DNA from: Mustelus asterias
Taxonomy: Eukaryota
Length of the DNA stretch: 64,000 nt
Direction of reading: 5' to 3'
Assembly: GCF_964213995.1 (NCBI RefSeq)
Contig: NW_027590156.1
Span: forward strand, 558,001-622,000
The translations under genes were made by a program, and so were the position numbers. The notes beneath the pieces were generated by a model. It was given only the letters and a program-made list of their open reading frames with translations. It had not been told where the DNA came from and searched no databases. Shown here piece after piece: positions 40,550-52,484 of this stretch. Position 1 is the stretch's first letter, and every line of letters begins with the position of its first letter.

Positions 40550-41785
40550 NNNNNNNNNNNNNNNNNNNNNNNNNNNNNNNNNNNNNNNNNNNNNNNNNNN
40601 NNNNNNNNNNNNNNNNNNNNNNNNNNNNNNNNNNNNNNNNNNNNNNNNNNNNNNNNNNNNNNNNNNNNNNNNNNNNNNNNNNNNNNNNNNNNNNNCAGAG
40701 AGACACACATACGCACNNNNNNNNNNNNNNNNNNNNNNNNNNNNNNNNNNNNNNNNNNNNNNNNNNNNNNNNNNNNNNNNNNNNNNNNNNNNNNNNNNNN
40801 NNNNNNNNNNNNNNNNNNNNNNNNNNNNNNNNNNNNNNNNNNNNNNNNNNNNNNNNNNNNNNNNNNNNNNNNNNNNNNNNNNNNNNNNNNNNNNNNNNNN
40901 NNNNNNNNNNNNNNNNNNNNNNNNNNNNNNNNNNNNNNNNNNNNNNNNNNNNNNNNNNNNNNNNNNNNNNNNNNNNNNNNNNNNNNNNAGAGAGAGAGCG
41001 ACACACACGCACAGAGAGAGAGAGAGACCGACGAACAGANNNNNNNNNNNNNNNNNNNNNNNNNNNNNNNNNNNNNNNNNNNNNNNNNNNNNNNNNNNNN
41101 NNNNNNNNNNNNNNNNNNNNNNNNNNNNNNNNNNNNNNNNNNNNNNNNNNNNNNNNNNNNNNNNNNNNNNNNNNNNNNNNNNNNNNNNNNNNNNNNNNNN
41201 NNNNNNNNNNNNNNNNNNNNNNNNNNNNNNNNNNNNNNNNNNNNNNNNNNNNNNNNNNNNNNNNNNNNNNNNNNNNNNNNNNNNNNNNNNNNNNNNNNNN
41301 NNNNNNNNNNNNNNNNNNNNNNNNNNNNNNNNNNNNNNNNNNNNNNNNNNNNNNNNNNNNNNNNNNNNNNNNNNNGAGAGAGAGAGAGCGACACACACAC
41401 ACACACAGACACACACGCACACAGACAGAGAGAGAGACACACGCACAGAGAGACACACAAACGCATAGAGAGAGTAACACAGACGCACAGAGAGAGCGAN
41501 NNNNNNNNNNNNNNNNNNNNNNNNNNNNNNNNNNNNNNNNNNNNNNNNNNNNNNNNNNNNNNNNNNNNNNNNNNNNNNNNNNNNNNNNNNNNNNNNNNNN
41601 NNNNNNNNNNNNNNNNNNNNNNNNNNNNNNNGAGAGACACATACGCACACACAGAGAGAGAGAGACGTACACAGAGAGAGACACACACGCACAGAGCGAG
41701 AGAGAGACAGAAGCACAGAGAGAGAGCGAGAAAGACACACACACAGAGAGAGACACACACACACGCAAAGAGAGAGACACACAAT
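40550..41785. repeat. Assembly gaps or masked bases within a (GA)n/(CA)n compound microsatellite
   Basis: N runs interleaved with AG/AC repeats. Confidence 0.95.
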
Positions 41786-42910
41786 GGAGTTGGATTAGAT
41801 CACATGTCCCATTGAGTCTCCTCCCCCACTTTCAATCAAACCCCAGGTCAACAACTGCCTCATTTCAGGAATCAATTCAATTAAATTTGGTACCACCCAG
41901 ACAGGGAGAGAATAGAAGGAACAAAATCAAAAGAGGGGAATGGATAGTCGGACTGAGAGAGGGAGGGACTGAGGCAATCTACAGAGAGAGAAAAGAAAGA
42001 GCCAGAGTGGGGGTAGACGCTGAACGGAACAGATGCACTTCACTGTTCCATGTGATTTCAAGAAACAAAAACTTGAAGACATTGGAAAGAGAAAATGCTC
42101 TGTCCCTGAAAAATATTCTGGTAATGGTGCTGAAGAATTGATCTTCAGAATTTGCCATAGCCTTAGCTAAGCTGTTCCTAAACTACGACACTGGCATCAA
42201 CCGCCAATGCGACAATTTGTCCAAGATTGTCCCGCTAACAAAAATCAGGTCAAATCCAACACCTCCAATTACCACCAATCTATTCTTGATCATCAGTAAT
42301 GTGATGGAAGTAGCAATAAACGATGGTATAAGGAGGCATTCCAATGCAAACTGGAGGAACATTGCCCTATCTCCCGATTCGGCGCTTAGTGCAAACCAGA
42401 CTTAACATTGAGTTCAACAACTTGTGAGCACCTCCTCTCCTCCATCTTCACCCCATTTCCATTTATTTTGTTTTATTTCATTTTATCTTATTTAATTATT
42501 TTTATTATTTTATATCTTCTTTTATATATATACTTATTGTTTAATTTCCATGTTTTGCATTTTTTATTTAAAATCTCACTTTCCATTTTGTTGCCCCCTC
42601 TCCCTCCACCCCACTCGGGCCGTCTCTTACATTTCCTTTTTCCTGCCATTTACACATTCTGATCTCTTAATGGGCAGCCTTCTTAGCCATGATCACAACC
42701 AATTACATTCCCTTTGTTTGTTTGTTTTTTATATGTGACACCACTGTCACCCATACCACAACCATATCCCTCGCCATTTCAGGATAAACCTCGTCCAAAC
42801 TTATTTGTCTTCAGCTCTGACGAAGGGTCATCCAGACTTTGAGCATTCGCTCTATTCTCTCTTCACAGGTGCTTTCAGACCTGTTGAGATTTTCCAGCGT
42901 TTTCTGTTCT

Positions 42911-43216
42911 GCGGCACGGTAGCGCAGTGGTTAGCACTGCTGCTTCACAGCTCCAGGGTGCCGGGTTCGATTCTCGGCTCGGGTCACTGTCTGTGTGGAG
43001 TTTGCACGTTCTTCTCGTGTCTGCGTGGGTTTCCTCCCAAAGATGTGCGGGTTAGGTTGATTGGCCAGGTTAAAAATTGCCCCTTAGAATCCTAAAATGC
43101 GTAGGTTAGAGGGATTAGCGGGTAAATATGTGGGGGTAGGGCCTGGGTGGGATTGTGGTCGGTGCAGACTCGATGGGCCGAATGACCTCCTTCTGCACTG
43201 TAGGGTTTCTATGATT
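42911..43216 (+). mobile_element. V-SINE (HE1-like)
   Basis: Near-identical to 14804-15145. Confidence 0.88.
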
Positions 43217-43362
43217 CTTGTTCGCATTCCAGCAGTAAATTTGTATATTTGAAGAGGCACTTGTCAGACAGACTTGTCCCTGATATACAAAAAAAATGCT
43301 GAAATAGAAACAAAGCGCCAAATTATCATGGGGAGGTTAGATTAAAATCCTTGCAGGCAATC

Positions 43363-43428
43363 TCCCTGATGTTGTCGTGGTTAGGATTTGGTGCTTTTAT
43401 CGCAGCGGTTCGATTCCGGCTCAGGGGA
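43363..43428 (+). pseudogene. tRNA-Glu pseudogene
   Basis: TCCCTGATG...GTGGTTAGGATTTGGTGCTTTTATCGC...GGTTCGATTCCGGCTCAGGGGA with a deletion. Confidence 0.7.
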
Positions 43429-44570
43429 TGAAGATTTATTGCCTTCTTGTAGCACATGGTTTAGATGGAGATGGAATTACTTCCTGATCAAAAACATGAG
43501 TGATACTGGTGCCAGTTTCAACAGCAGAGAGAAAAATCTATCGAGTCGTCAATCAATAATCACCATTGATGAGAAATAGATTTCCGGCTGTTCCTGTTGT
43601 TAAAATGTTCTGTTCCATCGCAAAGAATATCTGAAACAATATTGCCTCACTGACACGACACCAGGGAATTCCAGCTCAGGAATTTTACTCTGGAGCCAGT
43701 GGGTTTTTGAGGTTGTCAATGGGTTCATTCCTCTTTTGTGTGTCAATGGCTGTGCTAATGATTCTTTACCTTCCTTCGTGATTCTCCGTGCGCCTATGTT
43801 TGAGTCGATTGGTTTGGGAATCTATCACTGCATTTACTTGCCTATGTGTTTATGCTGGTGTTGATTCTGTGTAGTATACGAGGCTTCCAGTGAACACAGA
43901 GGAGGAGTTATTTATGAATTACATGGTAAGCAACGCAAACTAATAGGTGTCAGAAATCTGCAGAATAATTCTGGATTTATAATGAGGGACGTTAGAATTG
44001 ATGTCACTGGGCATATATCTATATGGTTATATGTCTTTATTCGTGTTTGTCTTTGCACGTGGCCGTGTGTGTATTTGTTCTGCCCATGTCTGCTGTGTTT
44101 CCTCGGGTGCTGTGCTTTCCTCCGACTGTCCAAAGATGTGCGGATTAGGTGGATTGGCCATGCTAAATTGACCCCGAGCGTCGGAGATTAGCAGGGTAAA
44201 TTTGTGCGGTTACGGGAATAGGGCCTCGGTGGAATTGTAGCCGGTACAGACTCGCTGGGCCGAATGGCTTCCTTCTGTAGCGGTTCTATGATTCTCTGAT
44301 CTCTATATGTGTCTTTGCAGTTGGCCTTGTGTGAACCTGCTTCCGATATGCGGCTGTGCTGTCCACGGGAGGGCGCTCTCTGATCACTTATAAAAGATCA
44401 CGATCCCCTTCTCAAGGAAGCGTCTGTTTGAAGATGCAAAAATGGACGGAGAGATGGAGTCACCTTCGACCTCCTCACATCCCCTTGACTGTTTTAACTC
44501 CTCCAATTGCAGGTCTGATGCAGACAGCGGTCACTCTCTCTTTTTCTGGTGTTCAGACTCGAAGCATGGG

Positions 44571-45086
44571 GTGAAACTCTGTCTGACTCCGATTGTTGTC
44601 CTGATTGCAGGTCTGTCATTTTGAACTTCTGCGTGAAATCCTCAATCACCATATTCATTCCCCATTTCCACCTCGAGGCGTTTATTCCGTTGTTGTTACT
44701 CCTTCTAACGCGCTGCGTTTCTGTTGCCGATTTTCAGACATGAGTAACGGAGACTCAGTGTCCCAGTCAGAACCAGGAGTTGAAGCAGAAGCGGGTGAAG
44801 ATTCAGCAATACCCGGCAGTTACTCGGTACCGAGTTCAGCTGCACAACATTACCTGTTCTGGTATCGCCGGTATACACTCCGAACTCCTCAGTATCTGCT
44901 CAGAGCTGCTAGTTATGTATTTATCGAGACGGCTCCTCGATTTGAACATTTCAGCGGGAATCTCAATCTGAAACAAAACACTCTTCACTTGTCAATGGAC
45001 GATTTGAAGACGACAGACAGCGCCGTGTATTACTGTGCACTGAGACCTGGAGTGAATGAGGTTCCCGCCGGCCTCATGCAAAAACT
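44571..45086 (+). pseudogene. TCR alpha/delta-type V segment V1 (open frame, but non-functional features)
   Basis: Leader remnant 44571-44610 (VKLCLTPIVVLIA); V exon 44738-45047 GDSVSQ...YLFWYR...DSAVYYCALR with the first Cys replaced by Gly; RSS TGGAGTG-23-GCAAAAACT with a broken heptamer. Confidence 0.85.
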
Positions 45087-45492
45087 GGTGCAGATCGAAA
45101 ATCAATGGTTAATTGTCAGGAGAACACATGGGATTAAAAATCAGAGAAAATGTGCCCACAGAACCTGACAATACAGCCCCCTCTGAATGTTTTCGCTCAC
45201 TGAGGTAAATGATTGTCACTGTTGGGAAATTTGACATATATTTACTCATATTATACCAGATCAATTCCAATCGTTGCCCGATCCCATTCACACAAGTCTG
45301 CCGATCTTCCAGGTGAACAACGTCATCAATCTATACTTTAAATGTTCCAGATCAGTTAACTGTCAGGCAGACCACACCTTTCAAAAGCGATCAAATATCC
45401 AAAGGCAGACTTAGAGTTGTCACATGTTGAAGTTGCTGGGTTAAAAATAATGACTGACTGAAATCAATGCTTCCCCAGTGGAACCGCATCTC

Positions 45493-46223
45493 AACGAATC
45501 GCAAAAGCTCAGTCTGCAACGAATCGCAAAAACTCAGTCTGCAGGTGCAGCAGGTGATCAAGAAGGCGAATGGAATGTTGGCCTTTATCGCGAGGGGGAT
45601 AGAATATATAAGCAGGGAGGTCTTGCTGCAACTGTACAGGCACTGGTGAGGCCGCAACTGGAGTATTGTGTGCAGTTTTGGTCCCCTTATTTGCGAAAGG
45701 ATATATTGGCCTTGGAGGGAGTGCAGAGAAGGTTCACCAGGTTGATACCGGAGATGAGGGGTGTAGCTTATGAGGAGAGATTAAACAGATTGTGTCTGTA
45801 CTCGTTGGAGTTTAGAAGGATGAGGGGGTGATCTTATAGAGACATATAAGATAATGAAGGGGCTGGATAGGGTAGAGGTGGAGAGATTCTTTCCACTTAG
45901 AAGGGAAACCAGAACTAGAAGGCACAGCCTCAAAATAAGGGGGGCCGGTTCAGAACAGAGTTGAGGGGGAACTTCTTCTCTCAGAGGGTAGTGAATCTCT
46001 GGAATTCTCTGCCCATTGAAGTGGTGGAGGCTTCCTCGTTGAATATGTTTAAATCACGGGTAGATAGTTTTCTGATCGATAAGGGAATTAGGGGATATGG
46101 GGAGCAGGCGGGTAAGTGGAACTGATTCGCTTCAAATCAGCCATGATCTTGTTGAATGGCGGGGCAGGCTCGAAGGGCCAGATGGCCTACTCCTGCTCCT
46201 ATTTCTTATGTTCTTATGTTCTT
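45493..46223 (+). mobile_element. 5'-truncated CR1 (subfamily of 31550-33588)
   Basis: RT C-terminus with frameshifts, (TTCTTATG)n tail, 25-bp tandem duplication at the 5' junction. Confidence 0.9.
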
Positions 46224-46474
46224 AATGCGGAGTTGGGTGATTACTTTATCCCGGTGTACTTAGAACGGTATCTATTAATTATCCTCATACACTGGACACT
46301 AAATAACTGTGCATCAGACAGATTTCAAATTATCTGTTTCATTTTTCACCTTGATTGAAAAGATTTACCTCAAGAAATATACCGACATTGAGTTCGAAAG
46401 AAAGCGAGTTAAACCGAGAAAGAGACAGAATGACTGAGAGCAAGAGGGTGAGAAAGACGCACACAGCCTGGGCT

Positions 46475-46570
46475 ACAATTTGATTGGAGAAAGCCAACTG
46501 CCCTTCGTCGTCAGCAAACAGTGATTGGTCCAAAGCTAACGTCACCTCAGGGAGGTTAGCCAATCACAAA
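46475..46570 (+). promoter_or_regulatory. Promoter of V2 (CCAAT boxes and a CRE-like site)
   Basis: GATTGG twice, CCAATC, and TAACGTCA near 46536, about 150 bp upstream of the leader. Confidence 0.5.
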
Positions 46571-46686
46571 ACTAAGAAACGCCCAACAATTGCAGTTGCC
46601 TCTGATCTGAGTTGACTCTGTGACATAAGACTGGAAACAACAACATAGTTTAAACAGTGTCGCTGTTTACTGTCCAATCAGGAACC

Positions 46687-47163
46687 ATGTGTTCCCTGTG
46701 TGCTTTACTGATAATAATGGTCATGCTGCCCGGTGAGTCTGAGCTCAAATCTCAAGTGTGTGCTTCATGGGTTATATTCACGCACAGATTTCTCACACGT
46801 TATATATGTTGTTACAGGAACTAATGGCCAAGATTCAGTTTTCCAGGAAGGAAATGCCCGAATTAACGGTCCAGGAAGGAAATACAGTAATATTGAATTG
46901 CAATTACACAACAAGATACACTGGCGGGACTCTCTTCTGGTACACTCAATATCCAGGGGAGCTCTGAGATATTTACTGAAGAAATACAGCACATGGCAGC
47001 GAGAAAAGTCTGCAGGTTTCCCTGACAGGTTCTCTGCTGATTTAGACCAAGGCAAGAAAGCATTTCCTTTAAATCACCGGTGTCCCTATCTCTGACTGTG
47101 TCGGTATCACTGTGCGCTGAACCTCACACTGTTACAGAGGCACAGTCAGCCCGTACAAAAATC
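46687..47163 (+). pseudogene. TCR alpha/delta-type V segment V2 (frameshifted)
   Basis: Leader 46687-46732 MCSLCALLIIMVMLP/GTGAGT; V exon from 46818 GQDSVFQ...VILNCNY...LFWYTQYPG...DRFSADLD with several frameshifts; RSS CACACTG(47125)-23-ACAAAAATC. Confidence 0.88.
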
Positions 47164-48024
47164 AGCAAAGGCACTCTCACCTCCTATCATTGAATCAGGT
47201 CTGTGACCTGGATTGTGAACTCTTAATATGAACAAAGCAACATTATAAGGAACAGTTGTGGCGAACGCTCTCTTTCTGTGGTGCTGAGCGTGTGTTAATT
47301 GATGAGAAATTCCTCTTCATAGAAGTTTTCACAGTGCAGAAAGAGACCATTCGGCCCATCGAGTTTGCACAAACCACAACCACATCCAGGCCCTATCCCC
47401 ATATTTGCATGCATTTACCCCACCACCTGACAATAAGAGGCAATTTAGCATGGCCAATCCACCTAACCCGCACATCTTTGGACTGTGGGAGGAAACGGGA
47501 GCACCCGGAGTAAACCCATGAAGACATGGAAAATATGTACAAACTCCACACAGACAGTGACCCAAGCCGGGAATCAAACCCTTGCCCCTGGCGCTGTTTT
47601 GTATCAGTGCTAACTACTATGCCACGACGCCGCGCCATTTACACACGACTCCCTCAATGGAAAACTCTGGGTTTGGTATCAAAGTTTTGACCAATATCCA
47701 TCATTGTTCTATCTCAAAGATTAACTCCTTAAGAGCACCAACATTCGTTTTAACGCACTCTCTGCGCCATGGAGAACGATAGTTATTCGGTCGTTTAATT
47801 TATTCGGGGCAGTTGATAGATGCATGGATATTCAGGGAAATAAGGGATATGAGATTATTCAGGAATCTGGTTGTGAGCTAAATCAACAATGATCTTACTA
47901 AACGGCGGTAGCTGGCACCAATGAAGGATCAAATGGTCCATTCCAGCTCCGGTTCCCTATTCTCTGAAGATCTTCTGCCCAGTTCATTGTTCTGAAAAAA
48001 AGATTTAAATGGTTCCTGCTCCTC

Positions 48025-48145
48025 TCTCTGACGTCATGGATTGGAGAACAAAGTCACTCCGAGCTGATTGGATTAAATATAGGACAATGGAGCTGTGAGC
48101 TGATTGGGTGTCTCCTGCTGGCTCTGTCAGGAATGAACCAATCAC
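48025..48145 (+). promoter_or_regulatory. V-gene promoter (perfect CRE and four CCAAT boxes)
   Basis: TGACGTCA at 48029-48036; GATTGG near 48039, 48066 and 48102; CCAATC near 48138. Confidence 0.6.
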
Positions 48146-48233
48146 CGTGAGGACGGATAATACACAAAATCTTCTGAAGTCTGAACTAAAACAATTGAAC
48201 TTTAACTCACTGAGTTCAGATCCAACACCAGCT

Positions 48234-48530
48234 CTGTGAACTTTGTGGCTTTGGTTCTTTACTTATTCTTACAGCTGCAGGTCTCTCAACTGGTAAGTTC
48301 CCAAGTTGCACAGTTCGCGGACGATACTGACACAGCGATCTTCCCTTTAACATTGTTTCCTTTATTTGCAATTATTTAATTACCCTGATCACATTGTTTC
48401 TAGTAAAGTGAAAATGACAACGCTAAAGCTCTTATTTCTATTTTTGCAGGTATCAGTGGTGCAGTTTCTATCTCTCATGAGTCGGTTGTTGCAACAAAGA
48501 TTGAAGCAGGATCGCTGACGATTAATTAAA
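48234..48530 (+). pseudogene. Truncated V fragment (leader remnant and FR1 only)
   Basis: Leader-like GFGSLLILTAAGLST/GTAAGT with no ATG; acceptor TTTTTGCAG at 48449; ISGAVSISHESVVATKIEAGSLTIN* then the homology stops. Confidence 0.55.
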
Positions 48531-48545
48531 ATTTAATCAAGTGAT

Positions 48546-48884
48546 ATGATAGTCCTTTGGGTTTATAAATTCTTTTTGCTGTTTTTCACTCTGATCTGCA
48601 CCGCGGTGACTGTTGAACATGAGTTGCTGCAGCTCCCTCAGTGGATGGAAGTTAGTGAAGAGGGAATCGTAACCATGAATTGTACCAGCGCCAGGGTGAT
48701 GAACATGGTGCATTGGTACAGACAGTTCCCAAATCAACCACCTCAACATCTGGTGATGGTCATAAGAGAAACCAATCAACACGGGAGGATGACTGCCACA
48801 GTCGGGGGAGACAACAAACTCAGTGTCCTGACTGTGAGAGAGACCCAGCTAACAGACACTGCCGCCTATCTCTGCGCCGTGAGG
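48546..48884 (+). CDS. Intact TCR alpha/delta-type V segment V3 with an in-frame, intron-less signal-peptide-like N-terminus
   Basis: MIVLWVYKFFLLFFTLICTAVT-VEHELLQLPQ...VTMNC...VHWYRQFPNQPPQ...LTDTAAYLCAVR; both Cys and the Trp are conserved. Confidence 0.8.
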
Positions 48885-48923
48885 CACAGTGTAACAAATA
48901 TATCGAGAGCTCGTACAGAAACC
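48885..48923 (+). promoter_or_regulatory. 23-RSS of V3
   Basis: CACAGTG-23 nt-ACAGAAACC. Confidence 0.92.
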
Positions 48924-49944
48924 GACACCGAGTGGCAACTGAGCTCTACTGTGTTTGGGGGATCGGCGTTGCAAGTGGCGTGGTAATAATAAGGGCTGGA
49001 GGATTGTGCAAGAAAGCAAGTGCATCTAACAGAGAAAGAACTAAAGCGGATCAGAAATGAAGAACTTTGGAAACATAAACACAGAGAAATAAAAAGCAAA
49101 CAGAAAAAGGAACAGCGGAAAAATGCAGCAATCATGACGAGCAAAGGACAAAACATTCGTGAACTATGGAAAAATAAATGGAATAATGTCTAAAATGACC
49201 AGCGTCAGACAGAGAGGTTAAAAAATAGGTCAAGTTATAAATGAAAATAATCCCCAAAAAAGTTGCATTTAAATGCTTTATCAAAATTCGTACTTTGTTT
49301 AGAGTTAGACAGTTAAATTTTCTGATACAGTTTCCTGATAACTGGCTGTTGGATATTGCCGCATTGAAAAATTAACAATTTTTCCAACGTTCTGATGCTG
49401 CAAAATTATTTAAAATTTCTAGATGCTGGAATGTCCTTCCCTCCTACTTGGGAAATGTGCTCATTTTCTGCAAACTATGTCTAAACCAGTAACATACTGT
49501 GACCATATCAACTGATGCCCAAAAACGGAGAGTGGAGTTGAAAGGAGGATTATACATTAATTCAGGTTTATCACAGTTACATCATTGCAGTGTTAATGTA
49601 AACCTACTTGTGAAACTCATAAATAAACTTGCACTTAAACTTTTAATTAATACAGACGTGGATATATCATGAAAAGATAAAATGGGTGTGAGACCATCAC
49701 ACATTGATTTGTGAAATTAGTTTTGAGTACAGATGTAATTTTTTATTATTATTTATCAGTCACAAGTAAGGCTTATATTAGCACTGCAGTGAAGTTACTG
49801 TGAAATTCCCTTCATCGCGATATTCCGGCGCCTGCTTGGGTCAATGCACCTATCCAGCACATCTTTCAGAATGCAGGAGGAAACCGAGCAAATGAAGAAA
49901 CCGACGCAGACACGGGAAGAATGTGTAAACTCCACACAGTCCTC

Positions 49945-51908
49945 TTGTGAAGAGGAAGAAGGAGACTTCTGCAAAGATGAGACGTGGTGCCTCATTTAGG
50001 GCGCTTGAGAGTGACAAGTTAGCCAGGAAGGACCTAAAGAGAGAGTTAAGAAGAGCCAGGAGGGGACATGAGAAGTCTTTGGCAGGTAGGGTCAAGGAAA
50101 ACCCTAAAGCTTGCTATCGGTATGTCAGGAATAAAAGAATGACTGGGGTAAGATTAGGGCTAGTCAAGGACAGTAGTGGGACCTTGTGCGTGGAGCCTGA
50201 AGAGGTAGGAGAGGCGCTAAATGAATATTTTTCGACAGTATTCACGCAGGAAAAGACAATGTTTTCGAGGAGAATACTGAGATACAGGCTATTGGACTAG
50301 ACGGGATTGACATTAATAAGGAGGAGGTGTTAGCAGTTCTGGAAAGTGTGAAAATAGATAAGTCCCCTGGGCCGGATGGGATTTATCTCAGGATTCTCTG
50401 GGAGGCTAGGGAGGAGATTGCAGAGCCTTTGGCTTTGATCTTTCGGTCATCATTTTCTACAGGAATAGTGCCAGAAGACTGGAGGATAGCAAATGTTGTC
50501 CCGTTGTTCAAGAAGGGAAGTAGAGACAACCCTGGTAATTATAGACCAGTGAGCCTTACTTCTGTTGTGGGCAAAGTTTTGGAAAGGATTATAAGAGATA
50601 GGATTTATAATCATCTAGAGAGGAATAATTTGAATAGCGATAGTCAACACGGTTTTGTGAAGGGTAGGTCGTGCCTCACAAACGTTATTGAGTTCTTTGA
50701 GAAGGTGACCAAAGAGGTGGATGAGGGTAAAGCACTTGATGTGGTGTCTATGGGTTTCAGTAAAGCGTTTGGTAAGGTACCCCACGGTAAGCTATTGCGG
50801 AAGATATGGAGGCATGGGATTGAGAGTGATTTAGCGGTTTGGACCAGGAATTGGCTAGCTGTAAGAAGACAGAGGGTGGTGGTTCATGGGAAATGTTCAT
50901 CATGGAGTTGAGTTACTAGTGGTGTACCGCAAGGATCTGTTTTGGGGCTACTGCTGTTTGTCATTTTTATAAATGACCTGGATGAGGGCGTAGAAGGATG
51001 GGTTAGTACATTTGTGGATGACAATAAAGTCGGTGGAGTTGTGGACAGTGCGAAAGTTTGTTGCAGGTTACAGAGGGACATAGATAAGCTGCAGTGCTGG
51101 GCTGAGAGGTGGCAAATGGAGTTCAATGCGGAAAAGTGTGCGGTGATTCACTTTGGAAGGAGTAACATGATTACAGAGTACGTCGCTAATGGTAAGATAC
51201 TTGGTAGTATGGATGAACAGAGAGATCTCGGTGTCCATCTGCGCAGATCCCTGAAAGTTTTCATCCATGTTGATAGGGTTGTTAAGAAGGCATACGGAGT
51301 GTTAGCTTTTATTGGTAGAGGGATTGAGTTTCAGAGCCAGGAGGTCATGTTGCAGCTGTACAAAACTTTGGTGCGGCCGCATTGGAGCATTGTGTCCAGT
51401 TCTGGTCACCGCATTATAGGAATGATGTGGATGCATTGGAAAGGGTGCAGAGGAGATTTACTAGGATGTTGCCTGGTATGGTGGGAAGGTCTTATGAGGA
51501 AAGGCTGAGGGACTTGAGGTTTTTTTGGTAGAGAGAAGAAGGTTAAGTGGTGACTTAATAGAGGCATACAAGGTGATCAGAGGATTAGGTCGGGTGGATA
51601 GTGAGACCATTTTTCCTCGGATGGTGATAGCTAGCACGAGGCGACATATCTTTAAATTGAGGTGTGATAGATATAGAGCAGATGTCAGAGGTCGGTTCTT
51701 CACTCAGAGAGTGGTAAGGGCTTGGAATGCCCTGCCTGCAGCAGTAATGGACTCGCCAACATTAAGGCATTTAAATGGTCATTGGATAAACATATGGATG
51801 ATGTTGGAATGGTGTAGGGAGATGAGCTTTAGATTGGTTTCACTGGTCGGCACATCATCGAGGGCCGAAGGGCCTGCACTGCGCTGTAATGTTCTATGTT
51901 CTATGTTC
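49945..51908 (+). mobile_element. CR1 LINE (frameshifted RT) nested in a minus-strand SINE
   Basis: RT motifs split over several ORFs; TTCTATG tail; SINE halves at about 49740-49942 and 51915-51985. Confidence 0.9.
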
Positions 51909-52149
51909 CATGTTCAGACAGTGACCCAAGCCGGGAATCGAAACAGCGTCCCTGGCACTGTGAGGCAGCTGTGCCAACATGCCACTCACGTGTTAGTTAG
52001 GTTAGTTAGAAACAACTAACATAATTCCTCAGTTGTTGTTCCTCCTCTTGTTCGGTGTTGTGTTCTGTGTTGATATTTTATTAATGGCTCTGTGACCACC
52101 CTCAGGAACCGCGCCCTCCGCTGATCAATAACTGGAACTTCCAGTCTGC

Positions 52150-52484
52150 AGTTATTGTCCGGAATCCTCTCGATCTCTGCAGCAGTGTGGGCTGCACGGC
52201 ACATAAGTACACTGCGCTGTCGGAGAAGAGCATCCCAGCGATAGTTAAAGAAACTATTTTGTGTTTCTTGCTCACACCAGCAGGAAATCTCTATAGAAAA
52301 CTTGAAAAGTACGTTTCCGTGCTGTATAACGTCAACAGATACATTGAGCCTTCCCCGGCAGACTGGATGTACCATAACAGAATTCGACCAGCTGTCGAGT
52401 AACTGCAATCCAGCCTTATTGTGTGTCCTTGCTGAACCCTAAATTCAGAAAGATCCTGGGACAGTTTATCTTTGCCATTGTTTC
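52150..52484 (-). pseudogene. TCR alpha/delta-type V segment V4 (in-frame stop; similar to V2)
   Basis: GKDKLSQDLSEFRVQQGHTIRLDCSYS...LLWYIQ...FL*RF...DSAVYLCAVQ; RSS CACACTG(52189-52183)-24-ACAATAACT; mutated acceptor. Confidence 0.85.

Noticed and set aside
40478-41784. Long ORFs containing X residues
   Set aside because: Artefacts of N runs and dinucleotide repeats.
45055-45077. Hairpin (ATGAGG...CCTCAT) in the V1 RSS spacer
   Set aside because: A 6-bp inverted repeat is expected by chance and is not seen in the other spacers.
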